In this document: in pieces, positions 51,001 to 64,000 of the stretch
How the letters are laid out: every line of letters starts with the position of its first letter
How positions within the stretch are numbered: position 1 is the first letter of the stretch
The notes under the pieces: generated by a model
What the model saw: only the letters and a program-made list of their open reading frames with translations
Databases searched by the model: none
Told to the model about the DNA's origin: nothing
Made by a program: the position numbers and the translations under genes
Origin: Azolla caroliniana
Taxonomy: Eukaryota > Plantae > Polypodiophyta
Assembly (NCBI GenBank): GCA_043228905.1
Contig: JBHGNT010000009.1
Location: 13,764,001-13,828,000 of the forward strand
DNA length: 64,000 bases
Reading direction: 5' to 3'

Positions 51001-54000
51001 TGTGTACTCGTTGATCCACCCGCGTGATTCTCCTCTACTAGGAGCATCGATTGTAAGTCGAAAAACGACAACGTATTCTCCCTCGTACAGACCACAGTTT
51101 GGAATGTTCTGAACTTCGACGCTAACCCTTTGAGGCAGAGCTGCACCATTTCGTCCTCCTCAATGTTTACATCGACGGAGGCGAGAGAGTCACAAATGTC
51201 ATTGATCTTGGAGGTGTAATCCACCACCGACATATCTCGTTGTCGAACATTGCTCAACTCTTGCCTAAGTTGGAGCTGTTTGGCTATGGTGCTCGTGACG
51301 AAAATCTTTTTCAGATTTCCCCAAGCATCCTTCGGCTTCCTCACATCCTAAATGTAGCTCAAAAGTTGATCGCTCACACAGGATGTGAAGTAGTAGAGAA
51401 CTCTCCTTGCCGCTTGCTCCCAGGTCGAGAAATATCTGTGTGTCAATTCGGGTGCTGCATCATTAGCTCCTTCGACATAACTCTAGTAGCCAAGCCCGAG
51501 TAGGTAATGGAGCAACTTGTTAGTTCCAAGGGCCTTCGTGAAGATGTCGGGAACCTGCCGATCCATCCAGACATACCAGAGTTCTACTTCACCGTTGAGG
51601 ACCTGATTGCGCACAAAGTGATAATGCACTTCTATGTGTTTCGTCCGAGCATGGAAAACAGGGTTCTTGGCTAGCTGCATGTTGCTCATGTTGTCGCAGT
51701 AGATCGGGATCGAAGTCGCTACTTCGATCTGTAGGTCTTACAGCATTTGTCGAAGCCAAATGGGTTCACTGGTGGCAATGGTAGCGCCCCAATATTTAGT
51801 CTCAGTGCTCGACGGGGCCACAATTTGCTGCTTTTTGTTGCTCCACGCAACAGTCGCGCTACCAATAGAGAACATGAATCCAGAAATGGACTGTCGATCC
51901 GACACATCTCCGGCCCAGTCAACATTCGTATAACCGACCACCTTTTCGGTTATATCGCGTCGGTATAACAGTCCTCTGTCCTTACTGCCACTGGCATAGC
52001 TCAGTATTTGGGGCGCACAATGATTGTGCTCCACGGTCGGCTTCTACATGAATTGGCTGATCGCGCGGACCGGATAGCTAATTCTAGGTCGAGTGATCAT
52101 TAAGTAAATGAGGCTTTCGACAATTTGTCGGAACCGTTTCTCATCGCATGGCAGTCCGGAGTTGGGACTAAGCTTCAAGTTCCGATCTAGGGGTATCGAG
52201 ATTAGTCGGCAATCCGTCATGCCGAACTTATACAACATATTCAACACATAATGTCCCTTAGATAACAATATGCCATCGGGGGTGTGGATCACTTTGATCT
52301 CAAGGAAGTAATGAAGGTCCCCTAGGTCCTTCATTTCAAAAGCATCCGATAATTGGGACTTCACTCGGCCGGTTTCAGCAAGGCCGGGTCAGGTGATGGC
52401 TAGATCATCCACTTATATTAAGATAAATACTGAACTTTCCTGACCTTTCCAGATGAACAACGAAGAGTCTGAATTTGAGGCCGCGAACCCCATCTTACAC
52501 AACTGGTGTGTGATCTTCAAATTCCAACCATAGGGCGGCTTGTTTCAGGTCTTAAAGGGACTTCTTGAGCTGGCACACTATAAACTTGTTCATCTCCGAT
52601 GGAAAACCAAGGGCTTCGATCATGTAGACCTATTCTTCAAGGTCTCCTTGAAGAAACGCATTCTTCACGTCCATTTGGTGAAGATGTCATCCCCTTGCCG
52701 TAGCAACCACTAGCACCACATGAACCGTCGTCATCTTCACTACCAGAGCGAAGGTCTCGTCATAGTCGATTCCGTGGCTTTGCACGTAACCTTTGGCCAC
52801 TAACCGGGCTTTGTACCAATTGACTGAACCGTCAACATTGTACATTACCTTGTACACCCACGTGCAACCGATCGGTTTGCAATGTTGGGGAGGGTGAACG
52901 AGGTCCCATGTGTCATTGGCATCAAGTGCCTGCATCTCTTCCTCATAGCGGCACACCAATGTGCGTCCTCTGTCGCTTCTATGTAGCTCTCCAGCTCATG
53001 CTCTTCCACCACTTTTGTCATATACACATAGTGATCCGTCATGTACTCATTATAACCGTACCTTTTGATGGGGTTCTTCTAGCGGGTTCATCAGCGCAAC
53101 TTCGCATTCGCAGATTGCAAGGCCCTCATGGTTGGCTCAAACTTCGTTCCCGAAGGTCCGTCTTCATTCTTTCCGGGCTCAGATTCGCTCCGATCCCACT
53201 TGTCTCTGCCATTGGCGTATTTGAACATCTTCTTCCCCTTCTCTTTGCACATGAACTGTCTCCTCGGTTCTTTCCACGGGGAGAGCACGATCGAGTCTCC
53301 ACTACTCGTCGGCTCTTCATAGGACTAGTCATTCCAACTCAGTCGCTCATGCGGCCCACTTAGTCGGAATGAGATCAGACTCTCATCTAGAGTACTGAAT
53401 CCTTTTTCATCTTTGTTAGTCAGTCAAGGTAAGAGTTGGACAAGTGTGGAAGTGTCGGAGTCGACAATGTTCGGAAAAGACTGAGTCGGAGTCGGATCGA
53501 CAAGGTGGATCAATGAGTCAGCATTTTTGCCGACTAAATAAAAATAATTTTAGATAGTAAAGTTAGTTAGAAGTTTTGGATAGTTCTTGCCGACGAGGCA
53601 AGATGTAATTCTTGATGAGTCTGACTTTCAGTTACCTATAAAAAGGAGCCAACGACATTGTAACACTATCGTTGTATTTTGAGTTTAATATAGTTATTAG
53701 TTAGAAGCAATCTAGGCTACATATTTTGTGAGTAATCTATTCTTCTATTCCACTCAGTTATATTCTACTTACAATAATACTATGTCAATTAGTAGATCAC
53801 GATACGTCTATATGATATCGTAAGCTACCTAGTAAGTGAGTTTATGTCCCATTCGTAACTCCATAGTTTCTTGATAGAACGTTTGACCTTGTTGTGTTGT
53901 TGGTCTCAGTAGTTGATTGTCGGCTGAACAACACCATAATTTTGGCACGCCCGGTTTCATCTACATTCAGTAGAGAACAAGTTCAAATGGATGTCGCCTA

Positions 54001-57000
54001 GACCGGAAAGCTCGGTAGGTCATAAACGTCCTCGTACACGCTCAACAACTCAATGTGTAGCGGATCCGGTTCATAATTGTCAACCTACGCAGCAACAACG
54101 ATATGATCGGGAGTGGTCCTCAATTCCTAATTTAACTGAAAACTCTTCAGACGAAGGTTAGTCTGAACAAGTTTCTTTCTACGACATCTGGGGTGATGAC
54201 AATATGCCTTACCCATACTCAAAGTATCGAGATGGCGTTGATGCAGAAGTGCACATTAGGGATTTCTTGACAACATGGGAAATTAACCATGGCGCTCAGC
54301 GACTGTCGGCGACAACCGAAGACAAGTCTAAAATTGTTGAGTTTGTGTTATCTATCGATGGTACGTTAGCAAATTGGTTTGCTCAGAACGGCCTCAGAGA
54401 GTTAAATTCATTTGAATAGTTAACTACTAGATTCATACAACTGTTTCATAGACAAGTCCCACAGAAGGATCTGATCAGTCAATTCTATGCAGCATACCAA
54501 GAACCCCATGAAACGGTGTCACAATTTGTGATCCGATTTCAAAATTTGCAACTTCAAATTTCCAAGACAATACCTGATGAAGAATTAAAAGATATATTTC
54601 TTGAAGAAATTCAAGAACTTCTTCGAACAACTATAGCATTGTTTGATTTTCGTAATCGATCGATCGAACAACTTTAGCTATGGATCGGACAAAAAATTAG
54701 AATAGCATTAATATGTCCGTGTTACATAACAATTTACCAACAATGGAAGAGCTCAGATTTCAGTAAGTGGTTCAGTGTACGACTTGCCTTAACAAAGGAC
54801 ATTCGACTATGGAATGCAGTTTGCGCAACCATTGTACTATATGTCATTCTAAAGCTCATTCGGTCGAACAATGTGAATATAATTTGCTTAACAAAACGGC
54901 ACCACCTGTTCGACAAATTCATAAGGAAAATTATTATGAGGAGAACAGGAATATATCAAATAACTGATTTCAGGAGTAGGATCATTAGTACTCGGATAGG
55001 CGGGATGATAATCGTAGAAATGATAGCGATTATGGCGGAACACCCAATATGAGCCAAGAAGGGATGACGATCAGCAAAACAACTATCGTCGTAATATTCA
55101 TGATAGGGATTATTCACCACAAAGAGATAATGGTAATAGAAAACCATATAGAAGAGGTCATTATCAAGAAAATCAAAAGTCTAATAGCTTTTGACGACAA
55201 GATGATAATCGCCAAGGTAATCGGTGGTTCAATGATAATAAGAAGCCGAAGGCGTCTCAGCAATTTCAACATGACACTCGTTAAAGAGAAAATTCTGAGT
55301 CAAGCGATATGAAACCGGTGAAGCAAGTGGCTGATCGGTACCAAATTGCTACATATGTAGGACAGATGGGCATTACGTGAATCAATTTCCAACAAGGCAA
55401 AAAGGGAAGGCACCAACCGTCAATATGGTTGTACCCAAAATTCAACAGGTGACCACTTGAAGCAAAGGTAAACAATTAGAGTGGGAAGTCCAAGAAGTCG
55501 TTCGGAAAGTAGCTAAGGAATGGGTGGAAGAAGCTAATTAGAATAATGTCGCTAGAATGATGCAGGATAAAGAGTTATCAAAAAAGGAGAAATATATTCC
55601 TCAGTTCGAGATATTACCAGTCCAGGAACAAGAAGAGACTTGGAAAATTTTGGTCGACTGTCAACTCTCATTACCTTTGTTAGGATTACTAAAATTAGTC
55701 CCCCATTTTACAGAAAAGCTAGTCACTCTTCTTGCACAAAAAGATGCAAAGCAAGTATTGGTTAACTATAGCGAGCCAAGCATTGGTCCGATGATCATGG
55801 ATGAACAAAGCCCTTCAATAAAACTGATAATTTGGGGTCATGAAGTGGCCAGAACTATTGTCGATGGTGGTTCCGGAGTTAATGTCATCAATAAGACCAC
55901 CTGTGATAAACTTGGAATTACCAAGTGGGATGCATGTCCTTTTTGGTTAAGGATGGCAGACACGAGCACACTCCCACCACTTGGTTTAATCCGGCAATTA
56001 GATGTCATTTTAGGGGGCCATACTTTTCAGATATTAGCAGTGGTGCTTCATTTGGATGCTCCTGGAGCATATCCACTCATGTTAGGTCGACCATGGTTAA
56101 AAGTGGCTCATATTAAGCAAAATTGGAACAAGAATGTGGTAACATTCAGGAAGGATAAAACTAAAATCCAGATATCAACTCAGGACAAAGTCAGTATGGC
56201 TCGTCAATGTCTACCAGTTCATGTAGAGTCAGTTAATATGATGGAAGGACTGGATGAAGCAGAGGAAGACCGGTATTTTAATGACAACCCAAAAATCAAT
56301 CCGTTATTCGAAGTAGATATTTTGCAGATGCTAACTTCTTATATATAAGACAAGGAAGATGAAGTTCCGGTAGATGAGTGGACATTAAAAAATATTCGAC
56401 TGCAGCAGGAAGCCATTGAAAAGGAAATGCAGATGTCTCAAAGAGTACAAGCATTGGCACTAGAGGAATTAAATTTAGCCGATACTGACACCGATGTAGA
56501 ACCTAAGACAATACTAATAGCCAAAGAGATGCTAACGGCTTAAAAGGAGAAATTAAAGAATTTATTGAGACAATATAAGGATGTCTTTGCTCGGTCATTC
56601 GAAGACATGAAAGGATTAGATCCAACATTTTGGCAACATCAGATAAATTTACATAAGGATGCAGAGCATGTGCAACAACGCCGTTACCGATTAAATCCAA
56701 ATTATGCGCTGGAAGTCAAGGAAGAAATCGACAAGTTACTCCAAGTTGGATTTATTCGACCAGTAAAAAAGGCAACTTGGTTGAGTCGGGTTGTAGTCAT
56801 ACCTAAGAAGAATGGTAAAATTCGGGTATGTGTCGATTACATGAAACTCAATGCCGATATCCGGCAAATGGTTTGTAGTACTTTGCCCAACACCTAGTTT
56901 GGAGAGTCAGGAAATCACCTCACAGACAGAGGGACAACCACAGAGACAGGCCACATCAAAGGCTCCGAAACAACTACCATGAGAAGAATGGCACGAACCG

Positions 57001-60000
57001 TAATTGACACCTATCGGCAACCAGTAGTTGAAACCCGTCCGACAAACAGAAATGGAAATAGAGCAAGCATAGGAGTCAATAGCGACTCCTGTTCCCAATA
57101 GAGCAGTATCAAAGCAGACTCCAACCCTGGCACCACAGTAGGCCCAAGAACAGATCCTAACACAGACATCGGGAAATACAACTCAAAGAATGAGGCGGAC
57201 AAAATAGAAAGCACAACGCTACACACAACAAGACGAGCAGGTAGAAAAGGGAAAATCATCAATTATGACTCCCAGAGAAGCATTAGGGCTACCCAAACTT
57301 CCACCGACAACACATGAACTGGCGGCCATTATGCAATTTGGCACATCGTATGAACTGGTGGAATGGCTCGCACAACAATTGCAAGACATCGGAGCATGAT
57401 AAGCAATTCTAGGAACAATTACAAGAAGCCAAGAAGAAAGCGAGGAACGCAACCACTAGGCCGAAGTAGCAGAGCACAAGGTCAAGAAATTAGAAGACCG
57501 CATTCTATTGACTAAACACAAAATTGGCAAATCGTTGGATGCGAAAGATGACGCTATCCCACTATTAAAAAGACAATTGGCACAACAAGAGGATCAAATG
57601 TAGTAGCAAACAGAACATGTATAGGAATTGGCAGAGTATATGAAAATCGAGGAGTATTTTGCACACCAAATGGCCGAGGAACACCAAAAAGAAGTTACAG
57701 AAGAGGTGCATGAAGAAGAAAAGTGACGCTTGGAATCGGTGAATACGATTTAACAAGAAACTTCGTTCAGTTAAAAGTTAGGTATGAGAACAAACGAAGC
57801 GAAGCAAAGTTAATGCAAGCAGAAGGCTTGAACAACGTGAAAATAGCAAAATTAAGAAAACTATTAGCCGTGGCATAGTACCAGGTAAGTATGCACGAGG
57901 AAAAAGTCTGACCGATAATAAAAGCCCACAAGCTCAAAACGCTATAGCTGCTAGCCGAATCCCTCGACAAGGGATGGAAGACCTGGTCGGCGCAGGAAAC
58001 CGAATTGCAACTCTTGCATGCCAACAGGGAGAACAAAAAAGCCAAGGCCAAGGGTTCCTCAAAATGACAGAAGAAGATATCTCTACAGTACATGAAGACT
58101 TAGGTCGGGAAATAACTCGGCTAATGGAGGAATCCGATGCCCACGACATCGACACCGCTGCCAAGCTCGACAACTACAAACGAAAGCAACGGAAACAAAA
58201 AATTGAGCTTGGATTTTCATCCATGCCGCAACGACCACCACAACCAACCAACGAGGAGAATAGTGCCGACAACAATGACAAAGATCCCGAACAGGAAGCA
58301 GAACCATCATTGTTCAACATACTCCACAACGACGAAAACAACAATGATGACCCTGACCCAACCGAGGAAGTGTAACATGTACCATGGGTTCGATCGGAAA
58401 ACACCCAAGCCCACAGGCGTGCCATGTGTTAGTCAGTCAGGGTAAGCATCAGACAAGTGTGGAAGCATCGGAGTCAACAATGTTCATAAAAGACAAAGTC
58501 GGAGTCGGATCGACAAGGAGAAACAATGAGTCAGCATTTTTGCCAACTAAATAAAAATAAGTATAGATAGTAAAGTTAGTTAGAAGTTTTGGATAGTTCT
58601 TGCCGATGAGGCAAGATGTAATTCTTGATGAGTCTGACTTTCGGTCACCTATAAATTGAACCAAAGACATTGTAACACTATCGTTCTATTTTGAGTTTAA
58701 TATAGTTATTAGTTAGTAGAAATCTGGGTTACATATTTCGGAGTAATCTATTGTTCTATTCGACTCAGTTATATTTTGCTTACAACTATATTATGTCAAT
58801 TAGCCAATCACGATACGTCTTTATGATATCGTAAGCGACCTAGTAAGTGAGTTTGTATCCCATTCGTAACTCCATAGTTTCTTGATAGAACGTTCTGTAG
58901 AAAACATTTGACCCTGTTGTGTTGTCCATCTCAATAGTCGACTGTCAGCCGAAGAACAATCTTCTGCCCAGATCGTTTCAGACTCACTTGCCTCATCCTC
59001 CAGAATTGGGTCGGAGTCAGAAATCGGAGTTGGGAGAGAGTACCATGATGCTGACTGGTCAAATTCGACATCTCGGCTCACTCAAACTTGTTTTATTAAG
59101 GGATTATAGCACTTATAACCCTTTTCCTCATGTGAGTAGCCGACAAGGATGCACTTCTCCGACTTTGGGTCCACCTTTCTCCGCTTCTCATCTGGCACAT
59201 GTACATAGGCAATGCAATTGAATATCTTAAGGTGCCTTAAATTTGGCTTCCGCCCGAAATACAGCTCGTGTGCTGACACCTTATCCCCGATCTGGTTTTG
59301 GATGTAGATGGTCGTCTGAACTGCTTCGGCCCAGTACAATTTGGGCATGTTCTTCTCTTCTAGCGTTGCCCATGCTGCCTCCACAATTGACCGATTCTTT
59401 CTTTCGGCCACACCATTTTGTTCCAGTGTGTATCTGCAACTGAATTCTCTCCCAATTCCCATTTGCTGGAGATAACTGTTGAATTGGCTGGAAAAATACT
59501 CTTTTTCACCATCTGACCACAGACACTTGATCTTCCTCTCCATTTCCCTTTCTACAAGACATTGCACATTCCGGAAATAGTCGAAAACTTCGTTTTTTCT
59601 TTCCTTTAGGTAGATCCATGTGTGCCAAATGTAGTCATCGATGAAGGAGACGAAATATCGGCTCCCGCCAAGACCAACGTTCTGTGTCGGTCCCCATACA
59701 TTCGAATGTATTAGATCAATCTTGTTATGGCTCCGGTTTCTTTCGGGGGTAAACGAAAGCCGGTTTTGCTTCCCAAGCTAGTAGGCTTCACAAATTTGGG
59801 CCTACCGGCCACTGAATTTTGGCAATCCAAAAACAACCTATTTTGATTGCAGGTCTTGAAGCCTCTGATAGTTGACGTGGCCGATCCACTTCTGCCATAG
59901 GTCGATATCCGATTCGACCTTCTGTCCTTTTGCGAACATAGCGGTGCCGATGTCGTTGGTGTCAAGGATGAACATCCTCCTGTCCTGGCGCCCTTGGGCG

Positions 60001-61739
60001 ATGATCTGGCCCTCTTCCTCAATGAAGCACCTGATGTGCGTAAACTGCACCTGCATCCCTTGGTCGACGATCTGCCCGACCGATACTAGGATCTTTGTGA
60101 TTGTTAGGACATGAAACACGTTCATAAGCTTCTCTTTTTGTCCGACATGACTCAACGGAACATGCACAATCGGGTGAGGAGTGTTGTCTCTGGTTTCGAC
60201 AACTCCTAGTCACTCTGGCTTTTCGAAAAACGAGAACCACTCTTCATGGCTCGTCCGTCATGTGCGTTTATTCTTCGGAGTCAACGTACCACACTTCCTG
60301 CGATCCGGAAGTGGTCTTCTTCATCGACGTCGCCTTGTGCTTCATCACAAAGGTTGGCCCTTTTTTGGTCCGGTTCCGGACTCTTCCGATCCTTCTTCGT
60401 AGTAGGGAGCTTTGCCAGTTCCCTTGTCTAGCCTTGACGGATCCCCCTTGCCGCTTTTCGGCGTCTCTTTGACGCCCCCTACTTGTGGGGGGTCCGAAAC
60501 TTCTATCAACACTATCTCTATGCCTCTAGTTCTACTCTTTCCGGCCGCCACTATTGCGTGCCGACCCACCTCGTCCTGCACGCCCATGGGGCCGATCTGC
60601 CTCCGTGTACAGCATCCGGTTGTCCAATTGAGTAGTCCTCGACCCACTAGCGTGGTTTTCTTCGACCATTAGCATAGATTGCAGGTCGAAGAAGAACGGT
60701 GGTTTCTCCCAGGTGCAAATCATTGTCCGGATTGGCCCGTACTGTTGTGTTAGACCACCGAGGCAGATTTGGACCATGTCATCCCTGTCCACTATCACAT
60801 TGATGGAACCGAGCGCATCCCAGATCTCCTTGATCTTGGTGGTGTAGTTGGTGACCGATTGTTGAGCTCTTGTTGGAACAACAACTTCTGAGTCGTGGTA
60901 CTTGCGGTGAAAATCATCCTGAGATTTTCCCAGGCCTCCGTAACTTTGCGTCTTTGATGTATCCTAGCATCTGGTTGTGCACACAGGACGTGAGGCAATA
61001 CAACACTATGCTCGCTCCTTGCTCCCATGCAAGGAAGTCCTTGTGTACCGAATCCGGAGCTTCTACATCTACTCCTTCTGCATTGCTCCAGTATCCATGC
61101 CCCAACAGGTACTGGTGCATTTTATACGACCAGGACGCATAGTTGCTCCGATCGAGCTTTTTTGTTGGAAGCGAGCTCGCCATGCTTCTGTCCATACCTT
61201 CTCTTTTCGGTCTATTCTTTTACCAGTGGTTAGGGTTTGTCTTAAGAAGAAGAAAAAAGGTTTGTCGGCAACAGAGGTTCTCAACCCTCGCACTCTGATA
61301 CCATGTAAAACTTAATATGCGGAAGCTTTTACAAACCGCTTTATTCGGATAGCAACAGAAAATAGAGACAAGGTTTAATGGAAACTTGAATCATAGAGAC
61401 ATAGAGCAGGAGAGACATAGAGAGCAAAACAACATCAACTCAATTCAAAAATAATAATGCTTTGTACATACAATGTGCTTAGTGAGCACTTTTATACAAG
61501 TCTTTACACAGACTGACAGAAGTACTGACATGTACTTCAATGCTCATACGAGCGACTGACACTAACTCCCAAAAATATGCCTACGTACTAGGCTAGATTA
61601 GTAGGCCTCTAACGGCCTACCGGTTACAATCTGATCTGGCTCCTAGTTCCGGACATTGATCCGGTTCTTCATTCCGGACTCCGATCTGGCTCTAGCTTAT
61701 TCAACCGATCCGGATCTAGGTGAGCTTGTCCATTCAACA
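48099..61739 (-). mobile_element. Chimeric or tandem Copia (family C): LTRs 48099-48516 and 61304-61739, with two internal gag-pol copies
   Basis: iMet PBS at 61292-61303; PPT at about 48517-48528; gag at 61195 and again near 51480; RNase H ends (FHARTKHIEVHYHF) near 51600 and 49250. Confidence 0.85.
53414..58958 (+). mobile_element. Internally deleted Gypsy nested in the Copia; LTRs 53414-53933 and 58427-58958
   Basis: ATCTT TSD at 53409-53413 and 58959-58963; PBS TGGCACGCCCGGT at 53943; gag, twin knuckles, protease IVDGGSGVN; RT start cut at about 56855 and joined to the extra ORF. Confidence 0.92.
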
Positions 61740-62245
61740 TTATATAACGTTAGGACTATTTACAAGTGTGACCTCAACGATCATGTTTGAACATATTTAC
61801 TAATATGTTCCTATTTGTTTGTTCATACCGGATCCAATCGGATTCCTTCCAAATCCATCTGATCCGGTATCCATCTAGTCTAGCTGGTCCGGTTCTCATC
61901 CGGAGGGACCCATTTCCCAACATCTTCGAGTAGAGACAATAGTCCTCATCACTCTGAAGAAATCTAATCTACTGTCTGAAATCGTCAAATTTCCGATACC
62001 ACTGCCTTGAGCCCGTAAAGGGTCTTCTTGAGTCAGCAGACTAGATGTTTCTGATCAGGTGGCACGAAGCCTTTCGGTTGTTCCATATAGATTTCTTCAT
62101 CTAAAAGTCATTGTGAAGGATAAACATTTTCACATCTAGTTGAAGAAGGTCGAGGTCTTCAGCAACGATGAAACCGAGTAAGAACTAAAGGGTTGTCATC
62201 TTAACTACGGGTGAAAACATTTCGTCAAAGTCCACCCTGTATTTT
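61740..62245 (-). mobile_element. Partial Copia LTR (to 61922) and RT fragment
   Basis: Similar to 25121-25333 and ends CCCAACA; VDFDEMFSPVVKMTTL. Confidence 0.6.
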
Positions 62246-62260
62246 TGCCAAAATCGCATA

Positions 62261-62720
62261 TACTTGATAACTTGCCAAATTGGATGTCTCCTTGAGGCGA
62301 AAGACCCATCTGCATAGAAGTGTAGGTGAATGAGTCGACAATTATGCAGAAGTGTGTGTTCGGATCGTTTGGCTATGAACAACAAACAACGTAAATAGAA
62401 AGTAGAAATGGCATATTGAGATTTACACAGATACGAGCTTTAATGGGAAGCTTCTTATTTCTGCACAACATGTTTTCTCTCTCTCTCAGAGATTACAATC
62501 ATCTTTCTTCGTCCTCCATTACAATGTTAGGTATTCATTTATATACTAAGCCCTAACTTATTGTCAAGTTCACACTCGGACGGATACAAGGTGGAAGGAG
62601 TCGGCCTTTTATGCCAAAAAAATCCCCCGTAAAAGGACTACTCTTCTGTACAATTACAAATGTTTGGCGTTGTCTCCCCCATAAACCTAGATTACAAATT
62701 TAACTAGATTTTATATTACA
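62261..62720. mobile_element. Probable LTR truncating the adjacent Copia RNase H
   Basis: TG...CA ends, TATA- and CT-rich content, and RNase H homology is lost at 62720. Confidence 0.4.
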
Positions 62721-64000
62721 AGTCTGGGAGCGTTGATCTGGGAGTGGCTTTGTCAGGCAATCGGCGATGTTCACCTCGGTTTCGATCTTCCGGACTTCGA
62801 GCTTCTTCTTGGTTACGAGCTCCCAGATATGATGATACCGCACCTGAATATGCTTCGTCTTCGCATGATAGACGAGGTTGTGGATGAGGTGTATGGCGCT
62901 TTGTGAGTCGCAATGGATGGTCGGCGTTGATTGGTCGGTTCGACTTGTAGTTCCAAAATTGGCAGTCAGTCGGTGCAGCCAGATCGCTTCTTTCATTGCT
63001 TCCGATGTTGCTATGTACTCGGCTTCTGTACTTGACAAAGCCATGCACTCTTGAAGTTTCAATCTCCATGATATCGCACCACCACCATAGGTGAATATGT
63101 AGCCTGATGTCAATTTCCAATTGTCCGTGTTTCCGACATAGTCGGAATCGGTGTAGCCTTCGACTTCGGTTGATGTTGTTGAACCGAATGCCAGCTGTGC
63201 ATACGTGGTTCCTTTTAGATACCTATGGATGTGCATGACGGCCTCCCAATGCTTCTTTCCTGGGTTTGACATGTACTGGCTGACCACCCATACGGCATAG
63301 GCTAGGTCAGGTCGGGTCGCCACCATTGCGTACATGATACTTCCTACTGCCGATGCGTAGGGTATCTTTCCATTAAGCTCTCTCTCCTTGTCCGTTGCAA
63401 GAGAGTCTCTATCCGATAGTCTGATTGACGTTGGAATCGGTGTCAGTGTTGGCTTCGAATTCTCCATGTTGAAGCGCTTCAGCACTTTGTGGATGTAATC
63501 GAACTGGGAGAGTCGAAGAGTCCTAGTCATTCGATTTTGCTCTATCCTCATGCCCAGTATGTGACGGGCTTGTCCTAGTTCCTTCATCACGAATTTTGCA
63601 TGAAGGCTCTGCTTCAGCTTACCGATCTCTACCTGATTGCTTCTTGCAATTAGCATGTCGTCGACATATAGGATCAGATAGATCCTGGACTCGTCGGTCA
63701 GTTTCCAAACATACATGCATGGGTCAGAGTCTGATCTGGTGTATCCAAGCTGCCGTATGTAGAAGTTGAACTTCTGGTACCACATTCTCGGCGCTTGTTT
63801 GAGGCCATATAGACTTTTCTTTAGTCTACATACGAGGTGACTATCCTCCCCCGTCGCCGTGAAGCCTACCGGTTGAGACATGTATATGTCTTCTTCCAAA
63901 TCTCCATGTAGGAACGTCGTCTTTACATCCATTTGCTCTAGGTCTAGGTCCTCTATCGCCACAACTCCTAGTAGGAGTCAGAGGGTGGTCATCTTGACTA
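62700..64000 (-). mobile_element. Copia RT-RNase H region, continuing beyond the window
   Basis: QMDVKTTFLHG, LYGLKQAPR, LYVDDM, YTDSD, YHAKTKHI. Confidence 0.92.

Noticed and set aside
58385-58424. A real tRNA gene
   Set aside because: Only a T-arm and acceptor 3' half with an insertion is present; no D or anticodon arms

Overview
Eukaryotic, transposon-dense DNA, most likely from a land plant (spliceosomal introns, plant-type Copia/Gypsy/L1 elements, primer-binding sites for plant tRNAs); the species cannot be determined from the sequence. No ordinary host gene is evident. Bases 1-15.7 kb are a degenerate Sola2-like DNA transposon carrying an intron-containing RING-H2 gene. Nested inside it is the main finding: a 7,410-bp element (2352-9761) with 37-bp terminal inverted repeats (TIRs) and a CTCT target-site duplication (TSD). 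It encodes an intact 846-aa DDD (Sola1-like) transposase and, divergently, a 6-exon gene fusing a ParB/Srx-like domain to a prokaryote-type beta-class N6-adenine/N4-cytosine DNA methyltransferase, which is pseudogenised in this copy. The rest of the window is an L1 fragment and nested Ty1/Copia and Ty3/Gypsy LTR elements. Among them are a Gypsy lineage with a tRNA-Arg-like 3' half in place of the polypurine tract (PPT) plus a conserved extra ORF, a gag-only non-autonomous LTR family, and a Copia whose 3' LTR region contains a copy of its own 5' flank. All family assignments come from motif recognition by eye, without database searches.
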